Source of the DNA: an uncultured Gemmatimonadales bacterium | GTDB lineage: Bacteria; Gemmatimonadota; Gemmatimonadetes; Longimicrobiales; Gaopeijiaceae | Direction: 5' to 3' | Length of the DNA: 64,000 bases | Assembly (NCBI GenBank): GCA_963809895.1 | Contig: CAWELD010000003.1 | Coordinates: 64,001-128,000, forward strand | In this document: piece by piece, positions 45,170 through 55,387 of the stretch | Layout: each line of letters opens with the position of its first letter | Numbering within the stretch: position 1 is the stretch's first letter | The notes under the pieces: model-generated | What the model was told of the DNA's origin: nothing | The model's input: only the letters and a program-made list of their open reading frames with translations | Databases searched by the model: none | Translations under genes and position numbers: made by a program

Positions 45170-45305
45170 TTGCTGGTCCTGCGCCTCTCCGTCTACCTTT
45201 TCTGGCCGTGTCCGTGCAGTCCCGAACCGCACGGTGGGCCCACGCCGGCCCGGGCACGACGACCTCAGTCACGCACAACCGGGCCCGTCCCATGCGGACG
45301 CGGCC
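45170..45305 (+). promoter_or_regulatory. Candidate glyS promoter and structured leader
   Basis: TTGCTG-N18-TACCTT (45170-45199). A 13-bp closing stem 45204-45216 / 45293-45305 encloses further helices. Confidence 0.4.
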
Positions 45306-45323
45306 TTTCCAATCGGGAATCTC

Positions 45324-46643
45324 ATGGCCGACCAGGATGTGATGGACAAGCTCGTGTCCCTGTGCAAGCGACGGGGCTTCATCTTCCAGTCCTCCGAGAT
45401 CTACGGAGGCACCGGCTCCGTCTGGGACTACGGTCCGCTGGGTGTGGAGCTCAAGCGCAACGTCAAGGAGCGCTGGTGGAGCACCATGGTCCACGAGCGC
45501 GACGACGTCGAGGGATTGGACGCCGCCATTCTCATGCATCCCCGGGTCTGGGAGGCCTCCGGGCACGTGGAAGGCTTCACGGACCCGCTGGTGGAGTGCG
45601 GCAACTGCCATCGACGCTTCCGGGCCGATCTTCCCGAGGTCCAGGACGGTCAGTGCCCCGTGTGCGGGACCCGCGACACGTTCTCCGCGCCGCGGCAGTT
45701 CAACCTCATGTTCAAGACCTTCATGGGCCCGGTGGAGGAGGCCGCCGCCACCGTCTACCTGCGACCCGAGACCGCGCAGGGATCCTACGTGAACTTCCTG
45801 AACGTCCAGCAGTCGGCACGCCAGAAGCTGCCCTTCGGCATCGCTCAGATCGGCAAGGCGTTCAGGAACGAGATCACACCCGGGAACTTCATCTTCCGGA
45901 CTCGCGAGTTCGAGCAGATGGAGATGCAGTTCTTCGTGCGCCCGGGCAGCGACGACGAGTGGTTCGAGCGCTGGAAGGCCGACCGCATGGCCTGGCACGT
46001 GTCGTTGGGCATCCACAAGGACAAGCTGCGCTTTCACGAGCACGGGCCCGACGAGCTGGCGCACTACGCCAAGAAGGCCGTGGACATCGAGTACGAGTAT
46101 CCCTTCGGCTGGAAGGAGTTCGAGGGCGTGCACAACCGCACGGATTTCGACCTCGGCCGTCATCAGGAGTATTCCGGCAAGCGCCTGGAGTACATCGATC
46201 CGACCACCAACGAGCGCTTCATCCCCTTCGTCATCGAGACGGCGGTGGGGGTGGACCGCACGGTCCTGGTGGCGCTCATCGACGCCTACCGGGAGGAGTC
46301 GGTGGAGGGAGAGGAGCGGGTGGTCCTGGGGCTCCACCCGCGCCTGGCGCCTCTGAAGGTGGCCGTCTTCCCTCTGGTGAAGAAGGACGGGCTCCCCGAG
46401 GTGGCGGACAAGCTCCACCAGGAGCTGCGCCGCGCCGCGATCCCCTCGTTCTACGACGAGTCCGGCTCCATCGGCCGCCGCTATCGCCGCCAGGACGAGG
46501 CCGGGACTCCCTGGTGCGTGACCGTCGACGGGGAGACGCTGGAGAATCAGACCGTCACCATTCGCGATCGCGACACGCTCGAGCAGGAGCGGGTGGCGCT
46601 GGACCAGGTGCGTGGATGGATCCAGGAGCGTCTCGGGGGCTGA
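45324..46643 (+). CDS. glyQS: Glycine--tRNA ligase, homodimeric (alpha2) type
   Basis: LCKRRGFIFQSSEIYGG, WDYGPLG, YLRPETAQG, GKAFRNEITPGNFIFRTREFEQME, GRRYRRQDEAGTP. Confidence 0.97.
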   Translation: MADQDVMDKLVSLCKRRGFIFQSSEIYGGTGSVWDYGPLGVELKRNVKERWWSTMVHERDDVEGLDAAILMHPRVWEASGHVEGFTDPLVECGNCHRRFRADLPEVQDGQCPVCGTRDTFSAPRQFNLMFKTFMGPVEEAAATVYLRPETAQGSYVNFLNVQQSARQKLPFGIAQIGKAFRNEITPGNFIFRTREFEQMEMQFFVRPGSDDEWFERWKADRMAWHVSLGIHKDKLRFHEHGPDELAHYAKKAVDIEYEYPFGWKEFEGVHNRTDFDLGRHQEYSGKRLEYIDPTTNERFIPFVIETAVGVDRTVLVALIDAYREESVEGEERVVLGLHPRLAPLKVAVFPLVKKDGLPEVADKLHQELRRAAIPSFYDESGSIGRRYRRQDEAGTPWCVTVDGETLENQTVTIRDRDTLEQERVALDQVRGWIQERLGG

Positions 46644-46716
46644 GCGGAACCCGGGTCCGCCCCTGGGCGTACCCGTCCGGCGCACGTTTTCCGCGAACGG
46701 TCCCACGGAGGAATAG

Positions 46717-47493
46717 ATGAGACGCTGGACGAGGATCGCCCTGACCGGAGCGCTGTTGATGGCTGCTCCCACATCGCTCGCCGCGCAGGACGAGGGCGGC
46801 TCCTGGAAGCTCGATGGCGAGCTGGGTGCCAGCCTCTTCTTCGGAGCGTCGGAGCAGACCACGACGACCTTCCGCGCCGCCGCCGAGCGCAAGAGCTCGC
46901 TCCTCGAGTTCTCCCTGGGGGGAGAGTTCGCCTACGGAGAGGCGCAGGATCCGGCGTCGGGAGATTCCTTCGTCAACAAGCGCTCCTGGGCCGCGAGCAC
47001 GGCGCTGGACTACAAGCCGGAGGGCAAGGTCAGCCCCTTCCTGTTCGCCGATGCCGAGGGCAGCCTCGAGCGGCAGATCGCCCTGCGTCTGAGCACGGGT
47101 CTGGGCGCCAAGTACCGGTTCGTGGACACCGACGAGACCGGGCTCGACGTGAGTCTGGCGGCCCTCGTGGAGCGCACCGAGCCCCGAGAGTACCAGGTCG
47201 GGGCGGACACCGACATCGAGACGCTGGCCCGCTGGTCCGCCCGCTTCCGGGCGCGGCACGCCTTCTCGGACGGTCGCACGACCTTCAAGCTGGTGACCTT
47301 CTACCGACCGGCCTTCAGGGACTCCGGCGACTACACGGTCGACACCGACACCTCGCTGGCCTACGCCCTCAATCAGAGCATCAGCCTCAAGCTCTCGTTC
47401 GTGGACAAGTACGACTCGCTGGCCAGGGACCGCGGCGCCCGCTCCAACAACGACGGCCGGCTCGTCTTCTCGGTTCTCGCCAGCGTGAAGTAG
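46717..47493 (+). CDS. DUF481 family outer-membrane beta-barrel protein
   Basis: Signal peptide, amphipathic strands, GLGAKYRF, LSFVDKYDS. Confidence 0.75.
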   Translation: MRRWTRIALTGALLMAAPTSLAAQDEGGSWKLDGELGASLFFGASEQTTTTFRAAAERKSSLLEFSLGGEFAYGEAQDPASGDSFVNKRSWAASTALDYKPEGKVSPFLFADAEGSLERQIALRLSTGLGAKYRFVDTDETGLDVSLAALVERTEPREYQVGADTDIETLARWSARFRARHAFSDGRTTFKLVTFYRPAFRDSGDYTVDTDTSLAYALNQSISLKLSFVDKYDSLARDRGARSNNDGRLVFSVLASVK

Positions 47494-47603
47494 AGGGCGC
47501 GGGCCCGGGGAGCGCCCGGACCGCGAGGTTGTGACGCGACGGCGGAGGTGCCTATCTTGGCCGCCGTCCGCCCAACCGGCTACGCCATCAGGAGCCACGC
47601 CTC

Positions 47604-49112
47604 GTGTCCGCATCCAAGTCCGAAGTCTTCAGCTCTCGCTGGGGCATGCTCCTGGCCATGCTCGGCATGGCGGTGGGTACGGGCAACATCTGGCGCTTTC
47701 CGCGCATCGCGGCCAGCAACGGAGGCGGCTCGTTCCTGGTGGCGTGGGTGGTGTTCCTCATGGTGTGGTCCGTGCCCCTGCTCATCCTCGAGTTCGGGAT
47801 GGGGAAGGGGACCCGCCGCGGCACCGTGGGGGCCTTCGTCCACACCATCGGGCCCCGCTTCGGGTGGATGGGCGCGTGGGTGGCGTGGACGGCCACGGCG
47901 ATCATGTTCTACTACAGCGTCGTCATGGGCTGGACGCTGCGATTCTTCTGGGCGACGCTGACCCATCAGATTCCCACGGAGGTGCCGGGTGCCTTCTGGG
48001 AGTCCTTCGCCGGCTCCCACGGCGCCCTGCTCACGCACACGCTGTCCGTGGGCCTGGGTGTGTTCGTGGTGGCGTGGGGTGTGAAGGGGATCGAGACCGC
48101 CGCGCGCATCCTCATTCCGTCGCTGGTCATCCTCGTCATCGTTCTGGCGGTGAAGGCCCTCACCCTGCCCGGAGCTTCTCGGGGCCTCGAGTTCCTCTTC
48201 ACGCCGGATCTGGCGCGCCTGGGGGACTACCGGGTCTGGTTGCAGGCACTCACCCAGAACGCCTGGGACACCGGCGCGGGCTGGGGGCTGGTCCTCACGT
48301 ACGCCATCTACATGCGGCAACGTGAGGACACCGCGCTCAACGCCTTCGTCATCGGCTTCGGCAACAACTCCATGTCGCTGCTGGCCGGGATCATGGTGCT
48401 GTGCACGGTCTTTTCGGTGATGCCCGAGGCCGCGGACCAGATCGTGGGCGCCGGCAACGAGGGGCTCACCTTCATCTGGGTGCCCCAGCTCTTCAAGGCC
48501 ATGCCGGGCGGCCAGTTCTTCATGGCCCTCTTCTTCCTGGCCCTGGCCTTCGCGGCCTGGACGAGCCTGGTGGCCATGATCGAGTTGGCGTCCCGCGTTC
48601 TCATGGATCTGGGGTTGCCCAGGGGCTCCGCCATCGCGGTCGTGGGGATCTCGGGGCTGCTCATGGGTGCCCCCTCGGCGCTCAGCCTCGACGTCTTCGC
48701 CAATCAGGACTGGGTGTGGGGAGTGGGCCTCATGCTGTCGGGCTTCTTCTTCGCCTTCGCCGTGCTCCGCTACGGCGTGACCGAGTGGCGGGAGACCTTC
48801 ATCAACCATGCCCATTCCGACGTCCACATCGGTGCGTGGTGGGACTGGGCGATGCGCTTCGTCGTGGTTCAGGCCATCGTGCTCATGGTCTGGTGGCTGT
48901 GGCAGGCCCGGGGCGCGGACCCCGCCGCCACCTGGACGCTCTTCTCGTCCTACAACGTGGGCACCGTGGTCATCCAGTGGGTGGTGGTGCTGGCCGTGCT
49001 CTTGCTCCTGAACCGCTGGATGGTGGGACGCATTCGCGCCCACGACGTGGGGCGTCCCGATGCCCGGGCGCAGGACCACGTGGGGCCGGACGAGGACTTC
49101 CACGCCCCCTGA
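47604..49112 (+). CDS. Sodium-dependent NSS (SNF) family transporter
   Basis: AVGTGNIWRFP, NGGGSF, LEFGMG, YYSVVMGW, GLTFIWVP; about 12 TM segments. Confidence 0.95.
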   Translation: MSASKSEVFSSRWGMLLAMLGMAVGTGNIWRFPRIAASNGGGSFLVAWVVFLMVWSVPLLILEFGMGKGTRRGTVGAFVHTIGPRFGWMGAWVAWTATAIMFYYSVVMGWTLRFFWATLTHQIPTEVPGAFWESFAGSHGALLTHTLSVGLGVFVVAWGVKGIETAARILIPSLVILVIVLAVKALTLPGASRGLEFLFTPDLARLGDYRVWLQALTQNAWDTGAGWGLVLTYAIYMRQREDTALNAFVIGFGNNSMSLLAGIMVLCTVFSVMPEAADQIVGAGNEGLTFIWVPQLFKAMPGGQFFMALFFLALAFAAWTSLVAMIELASRVLMDLGLPRGSAIAVVGISGLLMGAPSALSLDVFANQDWVWGVGLMLSGFFFAFAVLRYGVTEWRETFINHAHSDVHIGAWWDWAMRFVVVQAIVLMVWWLWQARGADPAATWTLFSSYNVGTVVIQWVVVLAVLLLLNRWMVGRIRAHDVGRPDARAQDHVGPDEDFHAP

Positions 49113-49154
49113 CGGCATGGGGCCTCGGGCCCGAGGGGACGCCGCCGGAGATCC

Positions 49155-49913
49155 ATGAAGTTCACGCGATTCGAGCAGGTGGCGCGGGACGCGTTCGAAG
49201 CGATTCCCGAGGAATACCGGCGGGGGATCGATGGGTTGGTGATCTCGCGCGAGTCCGTCGCGCACCCCACGCTGCCGGACATCTTCACGCTGGGCACCTG
49301 CGATACCGAGGAATACCTGTCGGACTACGGCGGTCCCGACACCACGCGCTCGGTGGTGGTGCTCTTCTACGGCTCGTTCCGAAACCTCGCCCGCCTGGAT
49401 CCCGACTTCGACTGGGAGGCGGAGATCCACGAGACGGTGGAGCACGAGGTCCGTCATCACCTGGAGTCCCTGGCGGGCCACGACGAGCTGGGCGACGTGG
49501 ACTACGCCATGGACGAGGACTTCAAGCGCTACGAGGGGATGGCCTTCGACCCGTGGTACTTCCAGCGGGGCGACCGGGTGCGGCCGGGGACCTACGCGGT
49601 GGAGGACCACGTCTTCGTGGAACAGGAGTGGCGCGGCGAGGCCTTCGACGCGGCCGACCAGGCGACGTTCGAGTGGAAGGGCGTCACCTGGGCCGTTCCC
49701 CTGCCCGACGAGCTGGGCGACATCCATTTCGTGCTCGTGGAGGGTGTGCCCGACGCGCCGCCCGTTCTGGAGCTGGTGCTGGTCAGGCGACGCTCCTGGT
49801 GGGAGGACGTGCGACGGCTGTTGGGCAGCTCGCGGCCCCGCGTGCTGGAGAGCGAGGCCTCGGCGCGCTCTGTCGGGGCGCCCCCTTCGGACCGGGCCTC
49901 CGACGGATCCTGA
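49155..49913 (+). CDS. Zincin_1-like metallopeptidase with a C-terminal extension
   Basis: FEQVARDAFEAIPEEY, VLFYGSF, ETVEHEVRHH (HExxH). Confidence 0.8.
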   Translation: MKFTRFEQVARDAFEAIPEEYRRGIDGLVISRESVAHPTLPDIFTLGTCDTEEYLSDYGGPDTTRSVVVLFYGSFRNLARLDPDFDWEAEIHETVEHEVRHHLESLAGHDELGDVDYAMDEDFKRYEGMAFDPWYFQRGDRVRPGTYAVEDHVFVEQEWRGEAFDAADQATFEWKGVTWAVPLPDELGDIHFVLVEGVPDAPPVLELVLVRRRSWWEDVRRLLGSSRPRVLESEASARSVGAPPSDRASDGS

Positions 49914-49939
49914 GCCGGGCTCACGGGTGCAATCCCACC

Positions 49940-50746
49940 ATGCCACTCCACGACGACTACGCCCGGAGCACGCCCTTCGAGCGCGCCCTCCCCGACATGG
50001 ACTTCGCGGCGCGCCACTTCGAGGCGATGGTCGAGGAAGCGGAGCGCCGAGGCGCCGCTCTGGAGGACCCGGGTGGACTGGTGATGCTCGAGAGCACGGC
50101 GGCGGCGCTGGACGAGCTCCGGTTGCCGTCCGAGGGGATGGAGACGTTGCCGAGACACGCGGCGCTCCTCTTCCACGCCTTTCATCATCACCGGGCCGGA
50201 CGTCCGCTGGTGCTCGTGCGCAGCGGCGTGGTCCGCTATCTGGTGGACACCGATCCGGGCACCGGAGCGGAGGACGCCCGGGGGCTGGCGCCGGGCAGCT
50301 ACGTGCAGCTTCCGCAACACCTCCTGTGGGTGCATCCCGACGAGGCCGAACGCCCCCTGTCGCTGGACGGCTTCTTCTGGACCTGCCCCGAACCCCACAC
50401 GCTCCACCTGCTGGGCGTCGCGGGCCTGCTGGACGGCCGGCCGGGCTTCACGGTCCTGCAGCTTCCGCCCGTACCCATGGCCGATGCGGCGGTGTGGGCC
50501 ACGACGAAGGCCCGCCCCGACGAGGACGGGGCCGACTTCACCTCCGATCTGCCGGGGGCCGAGCTCGAGCACCTTCTGGAGGTGCGCACGGCGGGTGAGC
50601 TCCTCAAGCTCGGCGCGCGCCTGGATCGATACCTCCGACGCTTTCCCGGCAGTGGGCAGGAGGCGGAACCGAGCGACGATCCCACGGACGGCGCCCCCGC
50701 GCGAAGCGCCATCCCCTACACCCTCGTGACCCTCGCCGGGTCCTGA
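49940..50746 (+). CDS. Hypothetical protein
   Basis: ATG 49940 (3' part of the 48401-50746 ORF); globular 268 aa filling the gap between the zincin gene and nth. Confidence 0.7.
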   Translation: MPLHDDYARSTPFERALPDMDFAARHFEAMVEEAERRGAALEDPGGLVMLESTAAALDELRLPSEGMETLPRHAALLFHAFHHHRAGRPLVLVRSGVVRYLVDTDPGTGAEDARGLAPGSYVQLPQHLLWVHPDEAERPLSLDGFFWTCPEPHTLHLLGVAGLLDGRPGFTVLQLPPVPMADAAVWATTKARPDEDGADFTSDLPGAELEHLLEVRTAGELLKLGARLDRYLRRFPGSGQEAEPSDDPTDGAPARSAIPYTLVTLAGS

Positions 50747-50772
50747 AGCAGACTCCATCCAGGAAGCACGCC

Positions 50773-51423
50773 ATGCCCAGAGAGTCCCGGAAGGCCCGCG
50801 CCGAGCGGGCGGCGGAGATCTTCGACCTGCTGGCCGAGGAGTATCCCGATGCCCACTGCGAGCTCGACTTCCAGGACCCCTATCAGCTCGCCGTGGCCAC
50901 CATCCTGTCGGCGCAGACCACCGACGAGCGGGTCAACCAGGTGACCCCGGAGCTCTTCCGGCGCTACCCGGACCCGGAGGCGCTGGCGGGCGCGTCGCAG
51001 GAGGACGTGGAGGAGATCGTCCGCTCCACGGGCTTCTTCCGCAACAAGGCCCGCAACATCATCGGCTTCGCACGGGGCGTGCTGTCCGAGCACGACGGTG
51101 CGGTACCGCGGTCCATGGCCGAGCTGGCGGCGCTTCCCGGGGTCGGACGCAAGACCGCCAACGTGATCCTCGGCAACGCCTTCGGCATCGACGAGGGCGT
51201 CGTCGTGGACACGCACGTGAAGCGGCTGTCGTCGCGCCTCGGGCTCACCCGCGAGAAGACGCCGGAGAAGGTGGAGAAGGACCTGATGAAGATCTTCCCG
51301 CGCGAACGCTGGACGCTGCTGTCGCACCTCCTCATCTGGCACGGGCGCCGCGTGTGCGACGCCCGCAAGCCCCGCTGCGAGGCGTGCGTGGTGGCTCACC
51401 TGTGTCCTTCGTCGCGCGTGTGA
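50773..51423 (+). CDS. nth: Endonuclease III
   Basis: LSAQTTDERVN, HhH LPGVGRKTA, VVDTHV, 4Fe-4S motif C-x6-C-x2-C-x5-C. Confidence 0.97.
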   Translation: MPRESRKARAERAAEIFDLLAEEYPDAHCELDFQDPYQLAVATILSAQTTDERVNQVTPELFRRYPDPEALAGASQEDVEEIVRSTGFFRNKARNIIGFARGVLSEHDGAVPRSMAELAALPGVGRKTANVILGNAFGIDEGVVVDTHVKRLSSRLGLTREKTPEKVEKDLMKIFPRERWTLLSHLLIWHGRRVCDARKPRCEACVVAHLCPSSRV

Positions 51424-51519
51424 CGCGGGCACGACGCCAGGGGTGCGGCGGCTTGACCGCAAGCCCTCGGCGGAGGAGCTTCTCCCCGACCCGATCCGTC
51501 ATTCCGAAAGGACAGACCC

Positions 51520-52092
51520 ATGCCCGACCGCAGTGAGGCACTGGCGCTCCTCCACGACTGGGTGGACAACGAAGGCCTTCGCACCCACATGCTCGCGGTG
51601 GAGGCCGTGATGCGGCACTACGCCGGGATTCTCGGCGAGGACCAGGACGCCTGGGGCCTGGCCGGATTGCTGCACGACCTGGACTGGGAGAAATACCCCG
51701 ACGAGCATCCGCGCAGGGCGCTGGCCCACCTTCGCGAGCTGGGATATCCGGAAGACGTGCTGGGCGCCATCGAGTCCCATGCACCGGGCAGGACCGGTCG
51801 GGAGCCCGAGACGCTCATGGAGCGCACGCTGTTCGCCTCGGACGAGCTGTCGGGCCTGGTGTACGCCTGCTGCCTGGTGCGCCCCAACGGCATCGACGAC
51901 CTCAAGCCCAAGTCGGTGGTCAAGAAGCTCAAGGATAAGGCCTTCGCCGCAGGCGTGAACCGCGACGAGGTCGCCCACGGCCTCGAGCTCATCGGCATGG
52001 AGCGGAACGAGCACATCCAGAACGTGATCGACGGGATGCGCGCGGTGGGGGCCGAGCTCCACGTCCGGGGTGAGGACGTGGGCTCACACTGA
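51520..52092 (+). CDS. HD/HDIG domain metal-dependent hydrolase
   Basis: HMLAVEAVM, GLLHDLDWE, SH, DELSGL, KKLKDKAFAAGVNR. Confidence 0.9.
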   Translation: MPDRSEALALLHDWVDNEGLRTHMLAVEAVMRHYAGILGEDQDAWGLAGLLHDLDWEKYPDEHPRRALAHLRELGYPEDVLGAIESHAPGRTGREPETLMERTLFASDELSGLVYACCLVRPNGIDDLKPKSVVKKLKDKAFAAGVNRDEVAHGLELIGMERNEHIQNVIDGMRAVGAELHVRGEDVGSH

Positions 52093-52158
52093 CAGGGAAC
52101 GATCCCCGAGCGCGCCGGTTACCATCCCGGCGCGCGTCCACCCTCTACCGATCCGCCC

Positions 52159-54718
52159 ATGCTCCGTAGCTTCGTCCGCTTCGGCGGGCTCCTCCTCCTG
52201 GCCGGTCTGGCCGCGGCGCCCGGCGCCGAGGCCCAGGACGTGGTGGAGCTGGGACGGGTTCACGGTACGCGGCCTCCGGAAGCCTATTTCCGGTTGATGG
52301 AGCGAAATCCCCGGGCCTTCACCTTCTCTCGGGCCTGGCTGGCCAGGAACCCCCGCCTGCGGCTCGTGGACCGGGGAGACGGCCCCCCCGTGGTGGAGCT
52401 GCGCTCGCGTGACGCGGGTGGCGCGGCGGTGCAGGGTGAGGGCGCCGGAGGCCCGGCCGGAGCGCTGGGACGGCGCGACGGACCGGCGGCGGGTGACTTC
52501 CGTTTTCCGGTGGTCATGGGATACTTCGCCGACATGACCGGGCCGCCCCCCTTCGCCACCGGTCAGGTGCAGACCGAGTTCTTCGACGGTCCCAACTCCC
52601 GCTATCAGACCATCAGCCAGTACTACGCCGAGATCTCCGGCGGACGCGTGCAGCTCGAGGGCGAGGTCTTTCCCTGGGCCAAGTCGACGCTGACCCAGAG
52701 CCAGGTGGCGGGCAACATCGGCGGCCTGGGCCCACCCGCGCCGCGTCGGCGAGTTCATCGACGACCTCCTGGCCGAGGCCGACGACGGCAGCGTGGACTG
52801 GGGGAGGTACGACAACGACGGTCCCGACGGCGTTCCCAACTCCGGCGACGACGACGGGTTCGTGGATCTGCTGGTCGTCTTCCAGCCGACGCCCGGCGCG
52901 GAGTGCAACGGCAACTACCAGAGGATCTGGTCCCACAAGTGGACCATCAGCTCCTGGGTCGGGAGCCCCTACGCCACCAGCACGCCGGCGGCCGGCGGCG
53001 GCGTCATCCGTGTCGACGACTACACGATCCAGCCCGTCTTCGACTGCGCCGGGCAGAAGCTCAACGAGATCGGCGTCTTCGCCCACGAGTTGGGGCACGG
53101 CTTCGGGCTGCCGGACCTGTATTGCACCGCCCGCTCCTGCAGCCACAACGGCATCGGCGAGTGGGGGCTCATGGGCGGAGGCGCCTGGGGATGCCGGGGC
53201 GACAACCCGGCCCGCCCGTGCCACATGAGCGCCTGGAGCAAGAGCGTGCTGGGATGGCTCGACGTCGAGACCCTGCCCCCGGGACAGGATCTCGGGGTCC
53301 GCGCCCTGGCTCCCGTGGAATCCTCGGGAAAGGCGTTTCGCGTCGACGCCCAGGACGGCTCGGGCGAGTACTTCCTCCTGGAGCACCGGGAGCCCCTGGG
53401 CTCGGACCTGGGACTGTACGCGCCGGGGCTGCTGGTCTGGCATATCGACCCGCAGTGGATCGATCAGCGCTGGGCCGCCAACGTGGTGAACAACGACGCC
53501 ACGCATCTGGGCGTCTGGCTACGGCAGGCCGACGGACGCAACGACATCGAGACCTCGGACTTCAACCGCGGCGATTCGGGGGATCCCTTTCCGGGTATCA
53601 CCAACGCGACGGCGTTTCACGCTGGCAGCGATCCCGCGTCGCTCACCCACGACGGGGGCGCCTCGGGCCTCACCCTTCTCGACATCAGCTGGTCGCCGGC
53701 CCAGGTCTCCTTCCACGCGCTGACGCGTTTCCAGACCCTCACCTTCCGCACCGAGGGCGAGACCACCGGGGGGCTCCTGGCCGTGGACGGAGCGGGACTT
53801 CCGGGCATGGCGGCCACGGTGGAGTCGGCTCCGTTCGAGACGCACCAGGTGACGGCCGCTCCCGGTGAGCCGCTGGGCCCCGGGCGCCGCCGGGCCTTCG
53901 TGGAGTGGACCGACGACCCGGAGCTGACCCGGGAGCGCACGGTCACCACAGGCCTCGAGGACGCCGAGTACGTGGCGCGCTACGGCCCCCTCCAGGTCCA
54001 GCTGGAGGTCGATGTGGACGGGGGTCAGTTCGGCGTCTCGCCGGGCAGCGTGAGCATCGACCCCACGTCGAGCGATTCATGGTACGCCCAGGGCACGCTG
54101 GTCTCCCTGCAGGCCGACGCCACCCCGGGCTTCGCGTTCACGGGGTGGACCGGCGACCTTGCCGGGGAGCCCAATCCCACCATGCGGGCGCTGGACGGCC
54201 CCGTGCAGGCCGTGGCCGCCTTCCAACTGACCTACTCGCTTCCCGAAGAGGTCTCTCTTCCGTTGGAGGCCGCCGCGTATCCGGAGGTGGAGCTGACGCC
54301 TCCGGAAGGCACGGCGCCCTTCACCTGGCAGGTGATCAGCGGGGCCTTCCCCGACGGTCTCAGTCTCACCACCGAGGGCCGCCTGCTGGGTGCACCGATG
54401 GCGGAAGGTGACTTCCCGGTCGGGATCCTGGTCACCGACGCCCTGGGTCTGCAGGCCGAGGGGAGCGTCCTGGTGCAGGTGACCGCTCCCGACCTGGACC
54501 TGTCGGCGTTGGGAGCCCAGCTGCTGGGCACTCGCATCTCCCTCACCGGTCTCCAGCTCCAGTTCCTGGACCGGGTCGGGAACGACGACGGGAGCTACGA
54601 CGTGGGTGACCTGCGCATCTTCCTGCGCTCGCACGACGTCCAGAAGAGCGCCGCCGCCCCCGCCCACGGTGCCTTTGCGATCCCGTGGGTCGCGCCAGCC
54701 TCGGGGGGTGGCCGGTGA
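52159..54718 (+). CDS. Secreted M6 (immune inhibitor A-like) metalloprotease with Ig-like and dockerin-like C-terminal modules; +1 frameshift near 52741
   Basis: Frame 1 gives signal peptide to YYAEISGG. Frame 2 gives YDNDGPDG, IWSH, HELGHGFGLPDLY, WGLMGGG, MSAW, GLLVWHID. Deleting one C gives GPPARVGEFIDDLL. Confidence 0.88.
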
Positions 54719-55122
54719 GCGCGCGTGCAGGGCGGATCCGCGGTGCGCTCGTGGTGGCCGTGGCGGTGCTGGCACCATGGACGACGGCGTGCTCCGACGA
54801 CCCCTCCGGGCCGGGCACGGTCACCGTAACGGTCGAGGGCTCCACGCCTCTGGGCGGCGCCGTGCTCGACATCCGTGGCAAGGTGGACGCCGCCGAGTCG
54901 CTGCACGCCGGCTGGAGTCTGCTCGAGCCGTTGTCCAACCAGGGCTCCACCCCGGTCTATCGGCTGCTGGTGGTCCAGGAAGAGGCCGGCGCCCTCTCGG
55001 TGAGCCTGAGCGTGCCGGACGTGGGCGCCGACCTTCCGGCCGTGACCGTGCTGCAGGCGTCGGGAGCCGACGACCGCCGTTTGCCGGCGGTCGGGGGCCT
55101 CGATGTCCGCGTGAAGCGGTGA
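54715..55122 (+). CDS. Small beta-rich lipoprotein (possibly cohesin-like)
   Basis: GTG overlaps the protease stop (GTGA). Lipobox WTTA-C, then SDDPSGPGTVTVTVEGSTPLGGAVLDIRG. Confidence 0.75.
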   Translation: MSARAGRIRGALVVAVAVLAPWTTACSDDPSGPGTVTVTVEGSTPLGGAVLDIRGKVDAAESLHAGWSLLEPLSNQGSTPVYRLLVVQEEAGALSVSLSVPDVGADLPAVTVLQASGADDRRLPAVGGLDVRVKR

Positions 55123-55276
55123 CGCCGACCGAGAACCCCAGGCAGGCTTGCCTCCGCTCCCGGGGGCTGACAGTATGTACCGATCCAGCGTCCCGACCCG
55201 CGCCCGAGTGGCCCGGGCGGGACGCGTACTATGGACGCCTTGTGCGCCCGTCCCGCCGGCCTTCCGGAGGAGAGGC

Positions 55277-55387
55277 ATGACCACCGCCACCTGGGTGACC
55301 CTCGTCGTTGTCGCGGGGTTCGTGTGGGGCGGCTTCGTGCTCGCCGTTGTGACGGCCTTCCGGAAGGAGTCGGACAAGGCCGGCTGA
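55277..55387 (+). CDS. MetS-type NSS transporter small subunit (36 aa)
   Basis: [49 protein letters not shown] with the WGG motif. Confidence 0.7.
   Translation: MTTATWVTLVVVAGFVWGGFVLAVVTAFRKESDKAG

Noticed and set aside
45230..45245. T-box-like GGTGGGCCC upstream of glyS
   Set aside because: Does not match UGGNACC, and no stem I or specifier loop is recognisable.
51424..51519. Small hairpins between nth and the HD gene
   Set aside because: Short GC stems expected by chance; no riboswitch consensus.
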